From: Felis catus
Lineage: Eukaryota
Assembly: GCF_018350175.1 (NCBI RefSeq)
Contig: NC_058368.1
Location: 164,488,001-164,552,000, forward strand
Reading direction: 5' to 3'
Length of the DNA: 64,000 nt
The notes under the pieces were generated by a model that was not told the origin of the DNA, made no database searches, and saw nothing but the letters and a program-made list of their open reading frames with translations. The position numbers and the translations under genes were made by a program. This document shows, one piece after another, positions 27,305 to 39,544 of the stretch (positions are counted from its first letter, which is position 1; each line of letters starts with the position of its first letter).

Positions 27305-27527
27305 TTTATTTTTTTATTTTTAAAAAATTTTTTACAGTTTATTTTTGAGAGGGGGAAAGAGTGTGAGCAGGGGAGGGACAGAGAGATAGGGAGACAGAAT
27401 CTGAAGCAAGCTCCAGGCTCTGGGCTGTCAGCACAGAGCCCGATGTGGGGCTCAAACTCATGAGCTGTAACATCATGACCTGAGCTGAAGTTGGATGCTT
27501 AACCATCGGAGCCACCCAGGTGCCCCC
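27305..27527 (-). mobile_element. Can-SINE
   Basis: Typical body ending gagccacccaggtgcccc. Confidence 0.92.
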
Positions 27528-27819
27528 ATAATAATAGTTATAAAATGACAAACGCATTTCAGTTTTTGAAAAGAGATCATGTGGGTAGGAGAATCACTCC
27601 AGTTTAGAATAGAATAGTAAGTCATATTAATATTTAAAGACGAATGGACTAAAAACTTTATAACTGATATGAAGCAGAGATTTAGAATGAAAGCTAGTGG
27701 GCCCAGTATCATAGAAAGCTAGGAAGGAGAAACATAGTATTTTCTATAAGCCATTATTATGTGTATTCCCAGGACAGAGTTATTTTGTACTGTTAGGTAG
27801 GTGTATCTGCAAGCCTACG

Positions 27820-28545
27820 AGATATCTCCTTGTGGGTATTTTGCATGTACCTCAAACTCAACATATCAAAAAAAAAAAGTTTTCATCCTCCACCTAACTT
27901 TAAAACTTGCTTCTTTTCCTCATTTTTACATTTCCATTAATGACATGACATATATTCCTTTATCACAAGTAGAAATCTTGATAGTATTCTTTTACTTCTC
28001 TAGTTCCTGATGTGTACAAAATATTCATTTGAGCTTACGTTCTGTTGATTGCACCTCTTTCATATCTCTCCCTTCTGTCTCATTCCCCAAATGTACTCTC
28101 CCACTGCTTTTGTTCAGGGGACCATCATTTTTAACCTGAACAGTTGAAATAGCCTCTTGACTATTCCCTTTCCTTCTAAGTTCTTCCCTTGTCATTTCAT
28201 TCTTCACACTGCAGACAGTTCTCTTTCTGTCTCTGTCTCTGTCTCTTGTTTTTTTCAAGTCAAAACTTTGGGATAAAACTCTTGCCATGCTGAGACTTAC
28301 TACTTTTTTTTATTCCTACTCTCAAAACAACTTCTGCTTCAGGCACTAGCAAAAAACTATGAATTTTTCTTAGATTTCCCTTCTTTTCTTTCGTCAGACT
28401 TGCCACAGCCTGGTGTTCCTGCCTCTCTCAGGGATCTATCTCTACATTATGAAACCTGAGAGAGAAGGAGCGACATCTTAGTTATCTTTTTGGGATTTTT
28501 AACACAGGGACTTATGCATTTTATTGAAGGAACAAATAAGTAAAC
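27820..28545 (+). mobile_element. L2 relic
   Basis: cctcaaactcaacatatcaaaa; aatagcctcttgact; ends ttattgaaggaacaaat. Confidence 0.6.
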
Positions 28546-29739
28546 TATTCATCTATGAAGTTTGGGAGTCAAAACTGGTATTTCTTTATCTGAATCATTA
28601 AAAAAATAATTTTAGTGTAAAAATAATTAGGCTAAAGCAGATATGATATCACAGAATGTGTGTGCTTATTAAGCTGGGAAAGAGTTTTCTTTGCACTTAA
28701 AATTTTTGTTATATATTTTATATAGTTACTTAAATTTTAAAAATGCAATGTGTTAATTACTACTTAAGAAATCAAAATAATGTTCCTGTTATATGGAAGT
28801 TGCATTTAAAGGGGAAAAAATAGGGAGAAAGTTGTCTTAAATAACACCACCTCTTATAGAAGTTCTCAGAATATATAAACTAACGAGAGTACAGTTCTGT
28901 GGGAAAATGTTGTTATAATAAAAGCTAACCCCTAGTTGTTTACACTTTGTGGACTATTTTCATACAAACCAGCCTTGAATTTTAAATAGGGCATAAAGCC
29001 TTTAAGCTTGCCCAAGATTTGCTAATCCTGTACACAAATATACAATTATCTTTGCCGCTCTCCTTCAGTCCAGCATCCCAGGCAAGTTAAACAGGGTTGT
29101 TTTCAGAATAAAGAAGAATGAGGTTCAAGGTCTGAGAGAAAGCTGGAGAAAAATGTACTATTTCAAAAAAGAAATTAGTCTTTTTTACTTTAAATGCTTT
29201 AAAGAAAGCATTTTTTTTTTAGATATTTGTAGTGATTGAAAAAATCACTTTTCAAAGTAAATAAACTAAATTCCAGACTGGAGGAGAGGGGTGAATAGAG
29301 AGTAGAGAATATAGAGATGAATATACGATATAGAGTAGAGGGATTTCTAAATGCCATTTTTAATATCCAATTTCCATATTTTATGCTTATTATACTTGTT
29401 CCTGGTCTATTACAATAGCCTCTTAGCTAGCTACTTGATTGAAGTGTTGGATCCTCCTATTAACACTAAATCATTCATTAGTTGTCTTTGGTTTTCAGGA
29501 CATAAATACAGAAACATAAGTTTAGCTATCAGAACTCTTTCTGATTAGTGATTAACCTTTAATCTCTTAGTGATTAACCTTTCCAACATTTCTGTGATAC
29601 ATGAAGTGTATCAATTAGAGTTAGGTGTTTCTTTTTTTGTTTTTGTTTTTTGTTTGTTTCTTTGTTTGTTTTTAATAAGAGGCCCAAAATAACAACTGAA
29701 AGAAGAGAGAATTTTATTTCCCTTTCATGTACAATTCTT

Positions 29740-29950
29740 TTCTTTTTAATGTTTATTTATTTTTGAGAGAGAAAGACACAGAGTACAGGTCGGGGAGGGA
29801 CAGGGAAGAGGGAGACACAGAATCCGAAGCAGGCTATAGGCTCTGAGCTGTCAGCACAGAGCCCAATGCGGGGCTGAAACTCGCAAACTGTGAGATCATG
29901 ACCTGAACTGAAGTTGGATGCTTAACCAACTGAGCCACCCAGGCGCTCCC
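29740..29950 (-). mobile_element. Can-SINE, left unit of a tandem pair
   Basis: Complete body abutting the tail of the next copy. Confidence 0.93.
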
Positions 29951-29974
29951 TTTTTTTTTTAATGTTTATTTATT

Positions 29975-30050
<76 letters not shown>

Positions 30051-30328
30051 AGAAGAAGAAGAAGAAGAAGAAGAAGAAGAAGAAGAAGAAGAAGAAGGAG
30101 GAGGAGGAGGAGGAGGAGGAGGAGGAGGAGGAGAAGAGAAGGAGGAGAAGAAGGAGGGGGAGGGGGAGGGGGAGGGGGAGGAGAGAGAAGGAGACACAGA
30201 ATCCAAAGCAGGCTCCAGGCTCTGAGCTGTCAGCACAGAGCCCAACGCAGGGCTTGAACCCACAAACTGTGAGATCATGACCTGAGCTGAAGTTGGATGC
30301 TTAACCGACTGAGCCACCCAGGTGCCCC
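29951..30328 (-). mobile_element. Can-SINE, right unit of a tandem pair, with expanded purine microsatellite
   Basis: Complete body; (GA)n(GAA)n(GGA)n at about 29977-30195. Confidence 0.93.
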
Positions 30329-32779
30329 TCATGTATAATTCTTGAGGCAAGAAATCAGATGATGATGAAGCAGCTTTACTATATATAAGTATTTTGGGAC
30401 CTGAGCTCTTTCTAGCTCTATGCTTTGCCACCCGCATGGTGTGGCGTCCATCCTCATAATCCAAAATGAATCTCATAATGAATCCAAATGATTCATTTGG
30501 ATTCCAATGAATGATAATCCAAATGAATCTCAAGTGTTGATATCTATGCTCTAAGCAGAATGTAGGTAGGGGAAGGAGGAAAAAAGAAGACATGTCATAC
30601 AACATTTCTACTTCTGTGTCTTTAGCTGTATCTCAGGCTTGAGAACATACTGTATTCAAAGGGAACTTAGAAACTGAGTCTCCATTCCATGTGTCCACAG
30701 ACCATTCTGTATGTAAGTCAATGACTTATGAAAGGGACCATGAATATCAGGTGAGAAACATACACAACTACTCCACACTGTGCTGCCTCTGCTATGTTTT
30801 CTTGACTCTATGTCTGTACGTGCTAACTCTTATAGGTGGAGGTAGTTTTCCTGCAGAGTGTCAAAGTTAAGGCCAAATATATTGGCAGCAAGTTACCAAT
30901 CCTTCTGTAATACAAACATTCATAAAAACTTAACTTGCTTTTGGTCCAGGGTTTTATCCAAGTATCAGTGTTCCCTGGTAGAGTAGATAAGATCAAGCGG
31001 TTTATGAAATCTCTTTTAAAACATACCTATAGGAAATAGAACACATTTGCAGTACTTAGGGTGTCTCAAGAGTACAGTCTTTTCACCCTTTTATTCATAG
31101 GTAGGCATTCCTCACATGATTTCAACAAAGCCCTCCACTTAAATCCTTCAGAAATTCTACCTCAAAACCCTCACTCAGGTAGAGTTAGCTGAAATGAATA
31201 TAGATCTAGACTATTTCTTTTTTGTAGTCACTTCATTTGCATGTAGCTTTTATTAACAGGAAAATGAAACCCTTAGGTTGGAACTGAGATCTTAGCTCAC
31301 CTTGCTCTTCTAATCATAAGAATAAAAATTGTCAGCAGCCTTTTCCTCTTATTGGTGCTTGGACCTCCGAATATCTTCCTGAATGTTATGCAGTGCTCAG
31401 ATTTGGCATACTCCCATGTCTACTCACATGGTGAATAGCATGCAGATCCACATTCCCATACAGTAACCAACTTTCTGAGGAAATATATTTTATGTACCCA
31501 TTATTTATTAATGTACTGTAACAATTTACATTATTATTATGGATTAACTTTCTAATCATTATTATCAAATACGGTATAGTTATTTTGTTTCTGCTCAATG
31601 TAAACATGTTCCTTATTTCTTAGTCTTGCTTTCATTGCCCTCATGAGTTAGTAAAGTTAGTTAGGAGTGGGGCAATGTAGTGAGACTTCCCTGGTTCCCC
31701 CATACTATGTGGAGTTTGGATGTTACTGAAACATCTCTACCTTGCAGTTTCCTCATCTCTAAAACAGAGACTTTAGTAATATCTATATATGGCATTGCTA
31801 AGAATATTCAGTAAGTCCTTAGAACCTGAACACTTGATAAATCTGTTTAAAATTATCTTATCCCAGCTCACTAACCACATATATCTCCATTTAGAGTTAA
31901 TTTCTTCCTTATCTTTTCTCAAATAGGGCTTAACCAAAGTCCTCTTAAGGGACTTATCAGAGTCTGCCTTTAATCAGGGGGCTGTGTAATTTATCTGTTG
32001 TCTTAATGAGGTTTTGAGCTCTTACAGAGCAGGCTTTATGTCTCCTTTGTGATTTACCAATAATACTTTGCAGTCATAGTAATTATTTAATATATATTTG
32101 TTTAGTTACACTCAACTTTTTAGAAGAAAGGGGTATAGGTGTAACACCTACAGTATTGCTTAGCTTTTCAAAATTTTTTCTTGATTCATAATTTTCAGAC
32201 CTGGCGCAATTACTTATATTTTTTTTTATCAGTATCCTTTACCTTTGTTGCAGTAGCAAACTCTTAACAGGTATCTGTTGATCAACTTATGGAGATTTCA
32301 TTTTAAATTATCCTATATGTTCTGCAGACTTTGGGACATAGTCATCATTTTATACTCAGCTTAAATGTGCCTTCTCTGTGGAGCCTTATCTCATCAGCCT
32401 CCAGATATTCTTTTGTTTTATTCTTGGTTCTCTCGTATCTTGTTAATCCTCTACCATTTTCTGTGTCATAATTTTGTAGTGATACATTCACATGTTTGTC
32501 TTCATAAAATGTATACTTTTGAGATGCAGTACTACATTTTTGTTATTTCATATCATGTCATTCTACATGATATAACTGAAACTTTATATACAATATAAGC
32601 GTGTGTTCAATATCCCATATATTCTTTCCAGCATTATTGAATTATATAATGAGGATTCATCGTCAGCCTAATGATTCCCAAATTCTGCATAATTATCAAG
32701 GTAGTTGAATAGAATTAAACAATCCATTGATTCACCATAGCAGTAAATAAACAAATACTTAAGAAATATGTTTAGTGAG

Positions 32780-33040
32780 ACTGAGAGGCATTGGGATTCA
32801 TATATTCAGGAGCCCAACTTCTGCAACCAAATTGTCTGCATTTATATTCTGCCTCTACCTTTTTCCAGATATGGCCTTATATAGGTTATTAACCTCTCTG
32901 TTTCTTGAAGTTCTCCATCTGCAAAATAGAGATAATTGTCCTCAATTCGTAGGGTTGTTGGGAGGATCAAATGAGTTAATAAACATAAAGCTCTTAACAG
33001 TCATGTCTGACACATGGTAAGCACTATGTAAGTATTTTCG
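32780..33040 (+). mobile_element. MIR
   Basis: ttaacctctctg...catctgcaaaatagagataat...gggttgttgggaggatcaaatgagttaa...tgacacatggtaagcact. Confidence 0.8.
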
Positions 33041-35829
33041 GTAGAATAGTAATAAGGCTTTTTCAATAAATCATGGTGCCCCATTTCCTGAGCATTTCAG
33101 TTAGTGAATATTTAACCACACAGAGTTGTTCACCTGCATTCTCTGTGTTGGCTTGTATGTACTGTTGGCATTAGAAAGAGAATTTTAATGGACATTCAAG
33201 TCACTAGAAAGGAAGAATGAGGACAGTGAGCCCAAGGATAGAATAGAAAATGTGGGTCAGCAGAAGAACTGGATCTGCAGGACAAAAACTGTCTCATACA
33301 CAACTATCCAGATCTGGGATGGAATCAAAGCCAGGTGGCAGCTGATGTGGCATTTGGAATGTGATAGCAGAACTCAGTTGCAGTTGACTAGTCTCTTCCT
33401 CTTAAATAACATCATGCATTTTAATGGTTTCATACTGAATGTTTAATGGCACATTTTATAAGTTGAAACTGCCATCTTCTCAATTTCATTTGTCATTTGG
33501 ATGCCAGAAGCCCAAAGCTTCCTTTCACATAATTCCCCTGAGAAAGCAGCCTTATTGGAAACTACTTGTTTTCATCTGTTCACATGAACTTATACATTAA
33601 AATTCAAAGGGATAATTTTCCTTGCCTCCATATTGTTAAGTTCCACCCCTATGATTCCAACAACTGGATTTTATATTAGTTTTGATATTTTACTTTTTCT
33701 AGATGCTGAATTTGAAAGCCTTCCTATTTCTTCCTTTCTGATTCTTAAAATTTTTATTATATTTTATATCATTTTTCTCTTTCCTTGCTTTCTCTTAAAT
33801 AATGTGATTAAAGGTTAAAGAGAAGTACCTTGTTTTCTTGTGTTTTTTTTTCTGCTTTAGATTAGCCTTTTACAGCAAAAAGTATTAATTCTAATGTCAT
33901 TTTGGTATTTGACTTTGCATTTTTCCTTGCTACATTCCTAGTACTCTGTATTTTTTCTTTAAATATTGACATCAAAAGTATAGTAGACAGAATAAAAATA
34001 TTAGATTATTTTTACCAAGCTAGTTTACATTGCACACGTAACAACTAAAAATTAGAGCATTTAGTTGCTTGTCTCTCCAAAGAGAACTCAAATAAGACCA
34101 CAATTTATCATGTATTGTTTTGTAACTGTCATGAAATTGTACTACATAGTCACTTCTATACCATTAAATAAGAACTATGGACTAGAGGTCTACTTGCAAC
34201 ATGGATGGTTTCTTGGATTTTCTGTTAATTACTACTATTAATTATAATAATAGTATACTATATACTACTATAATTAATTATTTTTAGCATCCTTAATTCC
34301 AGCAGTTGGAAAGTTGAGATGGAAAAATAAGGTGTGTCGTGTATTGGAACATGTAAAAACAATACCAGAGTCCAAGCAAATTAAAATGGAAGAAAATTAA
34401 TTTTATCTTTGTTGCCCAATCACATGCTTTTTTATTGTCCCTTTACATAAATGTTTCAGGAGACCATTGCTCTTCGTTTTTGCCTTTCTTCAGAAAATGG
34501 CTCCCTATTCCTGTCACAGTTTTGCAGTTCTTATCAATAGTGACAAGGTCAAGATTTGACCTGAGCCTAAGTCCCCCATAGCTACTCTGCCAGTTAAACT
34601 AGTAGATACAGTGGCTGAACATGACTTAAAGTAAAAAGAGATGCATTTTTAAATTTTCAATTACTTTAATTACTCAAAGAAATACAGAGCCTCTCCTTTG
34701 TTTTCTCTAGATTGAGTATAAATTTTCTAGACTCTTTGGAGGATTTTCTGAAACTCTTTGTAAAAGTGCTTCATATGCAGTAAATTTATAAGAACTACAA
34801 TTTAACTGATGTATTTCATAGCCTGAACTTAATGAGGGGAAAAATAATCAACATTGTTGTCTTATTTAAATTAGTGCTGCTGTGCCTTCCCTCAAGGAGA
34901 TTCATTGTGTTTTACGCATCCAAAAGTAGCTTCTGTTGTGTTTCACACATTTGACTAGTTTAGAAGTATTCAGCCATATTCTGCTGGAGTCCCAAATTCT
35001 CGTTGCTTCGAATCTTCTTGCTGCTTAGTAGTCCTCTTGGCAGGCTACCAGCAAGCCAACCTTCTTTGTTACCACAGTATCCACTGAGCTCACAGGAAAT
35101 CACAGGAGAAAACAGCCTACCTCACCACAGACTGTTCTCACAGTCTGCATACTTCTTTTAGTAATTTTATTCACTTTCCCCCTGCTCAAATAAAAACAGA
35201 GTATATAACAGTGACGTCTAACTCTAAAATGAGATAAATGATGCCAGTGTCCCGTTCCAGCAAGTGGCCCCAATTTCTATAACTGCTTCCCATGGATTTC
35301 TTCTTCCCTCAGGTTTTTCTCCTATCTGGTTCTTGGCTCCACCCCTTTAGAAATATCTTCCCCATTAGCTCAGTATTTTCCGCAGATCTAAAAAAGGAAG
35401 AGAAAACCCTTACCACTCACTGTCTATGAATGTCTCAACATTTCTTCATGTTTCTCAAGTCTCTGCTCATACAGATCATCAGGTGGGTGTGTTGATGTTG
35501 GTACAGTGAGCTGAATCACATCTTACCAAACCTTGCAGGGGTTGTCTTTCTTCCCTTCCTCTTTAAAACGTGGGGATATACCTAGCACTTGTTGTTTTCA
35601 GCTTTGGAGGGATATAGTAACAATTCTGAGGAATCAGAAAATGTCCCGTCAAAAATCTTGCTATTATTATTGAAGCAATTTCAAGCAAGAATGTAAATTA
35701 AGACAGGGGAGTTTGTGGGAGTACTTCAAGCAGGCTTCTGAGAAAAATGACAACTCTCCATGAGTGAAGGTGACGATGGCTGTGATTTACATATACAAAT
35801 AATAATTACAATAATGCTCATAATAATGA

Positions 35830-36030
35830 TAATGATATAATATATACAGGAATCTTCTACTTTTCTAGAAACTGTTAAGTGTTTTGAAGACACTTGTTTA
35901 ATGCCTGTAGTAAATCTGTAAAGAAGTACTATTAAAATTATTTTATTTTAGAGAAAGTGAGGCCACAAAATGTTACAGCTGAGAAGCAGTGAAATCAGTC
36001 TTTTAACCCAGGAAATCTGGCCTTAAAACT
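35830..36030 (-). mobile_element. MIR-like relic
   Basis: attttagagaaagtgaggccaca...ttttaacccaggaaatctggc. Confidence 0.5.
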
Positions 36031-36119
36031 TTCTTTTTTTAACAAATCTGTTATTATCTCTTACTAAATAACATAATTAAAATAATGACACCTTTATATT
36101 GATCAAAATGTCCACTTAG

Positions 36120-36599
36120 TTTTTTAATTTGAGTAGAGTTGAATCATGATGTTACATTAGTTACAGGTGTACAACATAGTGATTCAACATCTCCACATGT
36201 TAAACTATGCTCACTGAAAGTGTAGATACCATCTGTCACCATACAATGGTATTAAATATCAATGACTATATTCCCTGTGCTGTACCTTTTATTCCCATGA
36301 TTTACTCATTCCAAACTTGAAGCCTGTATCTCCCACAGTCCTTTACCTATTTTGCCCATCCCCTCATCCCCTTTCCCTCTGGCAACCACCAGTTTGTTCT
36401 CTGTATTTATAGGTCTGATTCACCTTTTTCTTTGTTTATTTATTCATCTGTTTTATTTTTTTGATTATACATGTAAGTGAAATTATATGGTATTTGTCTT
36501 TCTCAATCTGACTTATTTCACATAACATTATACTCTCTAGGTCAATCTATGCTGTTGCAAATGGCAGAGTCTCATTAATTTTCGTGACCGCAATATATT

Positions 36600-36647
<48 letters not shown>

Positions 36648-36966
36648 CCACATCTTCTTTTTCCATTACCTATCCGTGGACACTTAGGTTGCTTCTGTAT
36701 CATGGCTACTATAAATAATACTGTAGTAAACTTAGGGATGTATCTCTCTTTTCAAATTAGTGTTTTCATTCCCTTTGGGTACATACTTAGTAGTGGAATT
36801 ATTGGATCATATGATATTTCTATTTTTAATTTTTTGAGGAAAAGAAGATAAAAAATAACAAGTGTTGGTAAACATGTGGGGGAAAAGGAACCCTCATACA
36901 CTGTTTGTGGGAATGTAAATTGGGGCAGCCACTTACAGAAAACAGCATGGAGATTCCTCAGAAAAT
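36120..36966 (-). mobile_element. Truncated older L1 with 5' inversion
   Basis: 36120-36841 is an antisense L1 3' end; 36842-36966 is the adjacent upstream L1 segment in sense orientation. Confidence 0.88.
36602..36648. repeat. (TG)n(CG)4 tract, potential Z-DNA
   Basis: Directly visible alternating purine-pyrimidine run. Confidence 0.95.
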
Positions 36967-38027
36967 AGGTCCAATTTTTAATTAAATAATCCAGATTATT
37001 GGTTGTTGATAAAAATGTAGTTTTATTAATCCATATGTTTTTGTATCAAATATTTAGATAGCAGTTGCTAATTACCTTTTGTAACTGTACTTATCATAAA
37101 TTTATAAAATTAAACCTTAATCACGAAGGATAGTTGAAAAAATGTTGCACTTTAGGGCAACTTCAGTAGTGATTATTGAATGGGTTAAATTAGGTATGCA
37201 GAGTTTAGCAAAAGATCACATGTATGGGTTTTATCTTATGACATCTGACATCTTCATTTTACTTAATAACTATGTTACTAGTGTTACTCCTCTACCAAGC
37301 TAAAACATTTTATCTTCTTTTCTACTCAATAATTGAAAAAAAAAACTCTAGTATATTTTCAGATTGCAAATCCTTAAGACAAAAATACTTGTTGATATAT
37401 TCTTCAATTTTATTTCTTTCTCTCTAATGTTTTTAATCCATTTATAAATACAGTATATCTGCAACTAATGTGATGGCAAATTGAAAATTAATCATTGGGC
37501 AATTCTTTGAAATAAATATTTCATCAAGCACAAATATTCTAAATGAATAAAACTACTGTGATCATCTATGCCCACAGCATCCTAGAGACCCATATCCATC
37601 CCTATAATCCTTCTCAAAATATGTATTATTGGTAATAGCCCATTCCGTTAAAAAAATGTAATTGATTATAAAAGATTAAGCAAAATTAAGCTAAAGAACA
37701 GGAGAATTTTATTAGTTTTTCCTGAAATATGGACAATTTTTTTAGGCTTTTGCTTTTTAAAGCCTGAGAGGATATGTATAAAGTAATTTTCCTAACTAGT
37801 AAAAATCATCACCTAGGAATAAGTTGCTAGCATAAATGCCAATATTGCATGATTTATTTATTGAGTGCCAAACTGTTTGTATGACTTTGGATGTCTTGCT
37901 ATAATTAGTGACTCTTACTAAAGACAACAAAAAGACGCATCAGTCTGGAGGGATAAAAAAATAACTTTGGTACATTGCTGGGGTTTTTAATAAGTTCAAA
38001 TTTGTAGACACAGAAGATTCTCATGTC

Positions 38028-38510
38028 TTGGTTATCTGTAGCTTTGTAACAAACAAACACTGAAACCACATGGCTGAAACAACCATTTCATTTTGCTAGT
38101 AACTTTCTGGATCAGAAACTGTGAAGGATTTGGCTGGATGCTTTGTCTTTGATAGTTGTAGCTCATTTGAGGTGTCTTGTCCTAGAGAATGTATTTCTAA
38201 GTCTGGCTCTCCTAAGATCTTTTTCTCTCATTCTCTACAAAATAAATCATTCTTTAAGGCTCCCCTGGAGATTAGACTTCTTAAGCGTAACAACCTCAGG
38301 ATATTTGGATTTCTTCCAGTGTGGCTCAAGGCCCCTGGACACAAAGGTGAAATCTGCCAGGATTTCCTAAACCAGGATATGGCATGTACCCTTGTGCCAC
38401 TGTCTGTTGGATAAGGCTGTCTCAATCCAGTACAGATTCAAGGAATTGGGGAAAAAAGACCTCCACCTCTCTTTGGGGGTAGAGTCAAAGGATTGGTGGT
38501 GATATGTAGT
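38028..38510 (-). mobile_element. Old MLT1-type MaLR LTR
   Basis: gttatctgtagctttgtaacaaac...aacaaccatttcattttgct...cagattcaaggaattggggaaaaaagacctccacctct. Confidence 0.65.
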
Positions 38511-39020
38511 TTGAGGTATGTAATTATTAAAAAGACACTTTAGAAATACTGCTTTACTTCTTAGTTTTGATTTCCTTATTTCAGGCCAGTGCTGCATTGG
38601 TTAACATATGGCTCACCATACACTTTCTAATGAGAAAGCTTCAAAAAGCTCAATCCCCAAATGCCAGTACAAACACTAGCCTGGCAAAAAGTCACCTGAA
38701 TTCCTCTCTTTGATACACAGAACCTAAGCTGCATGGACTTGTTTTCCCAACACAGAAAACATTATAGTAAACAAGGGATTTGAATTTAGATATTTACCCA
38801 GCTTCTCTGAATCCTGGGCTCATTTTTGCCTCAATCCTCTGCCAGGAGTTCTGCTGTTTTTCTTACACTTTGGCTCCCCACCTCCCCTGAGCTAATATGC
38901 ACTTCCTGGCAAATTAGAAGCATTCTGGACTGGAGCAGACATTGTGGCTTGAGGGTAAAATTAACTCTACCAACTGAATAGTTTCCCTGTTAATCAAAAT
39001 GTGCAGTTGGAGGCTTAAAA

Positions 39021-39027
39021 ATGTATG

Positions 39028-39061
<34 letters not shown>

Positions 39062-39084
39062 TGTATGTATGTATGTGTGTGTGT
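39021..39084. repeat. (TATG)n microsatellite
   Basis: Directly visible. Confidence 0.95.
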
Positions 39085-39462
39085 AAACTTGGCTGTCAGT
39101 TAAAAAGGAAATACAAGCTAAACAGAGTAAAGTTTTCACGTATGAAAGGCCCCACTCATACTTTTATGTACCACTTAGTCTGTGGTCATTCATGCTTTGT
39201 GCTTTTGGTAGCACTATTTGAAATGCATACTCTCTGTTCTCATTTTTCATCTCTTACATATGTTGAACATTCTTACTGAGGGCTATAGTAAGTTATCATT
39301 ATTCTTTTTGTGTTTAAATATTCAGTTCTTTAGTCTCAACTGCTCAAATATCATTGATGTTGCTCATGATCCATCTAAGGGTAATAGCAAAATGATAGTG
39401 TGCTAGTGAATATCCATCCCATCCTTCAGAAGGTTCTTGAAAGCTACATGAGAAAGAACGTG

Positions 39463-39463
<1 letters not shown>

Positions 39464-39516
<53 letters not shown>

Positions 39517-39544
39517 CTTATTTATATATATATATATATATATA
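39464..39544. repeat. (TC)n(TA)n microsatellite
   Basis: Directly visible. Confidence 0.95.

Larger units (their letters stand above)
29610..30700 (-). mobile_element. Old MLT1-like LTR interrupted by the SINE pair
   Basis: Degenerate MLT1-like segments on both sides of the SINEs (ttttatttccctttcatg..., ggacctgagctctttctagctctatgctttgccac). Confidence 0.45.

Noticed and set aside
29545..29582. 16-bp direct repeat ttagtgattaaccttt
   Set aside because: Ordinary micro-duplication with no further structure.
29970..30605. 211-aa and 93-aa ORFs with poly-S/P/R tracts
   Set aside because: They are translations of the SINE and its purine microsatellite.
34546..34562. AGGTCA-n5-TGACCT inverted repeat
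   Set aside because: Spacing is 5 rather than the 3 of an estrogen response element; isolated and possibly MIR-derived.
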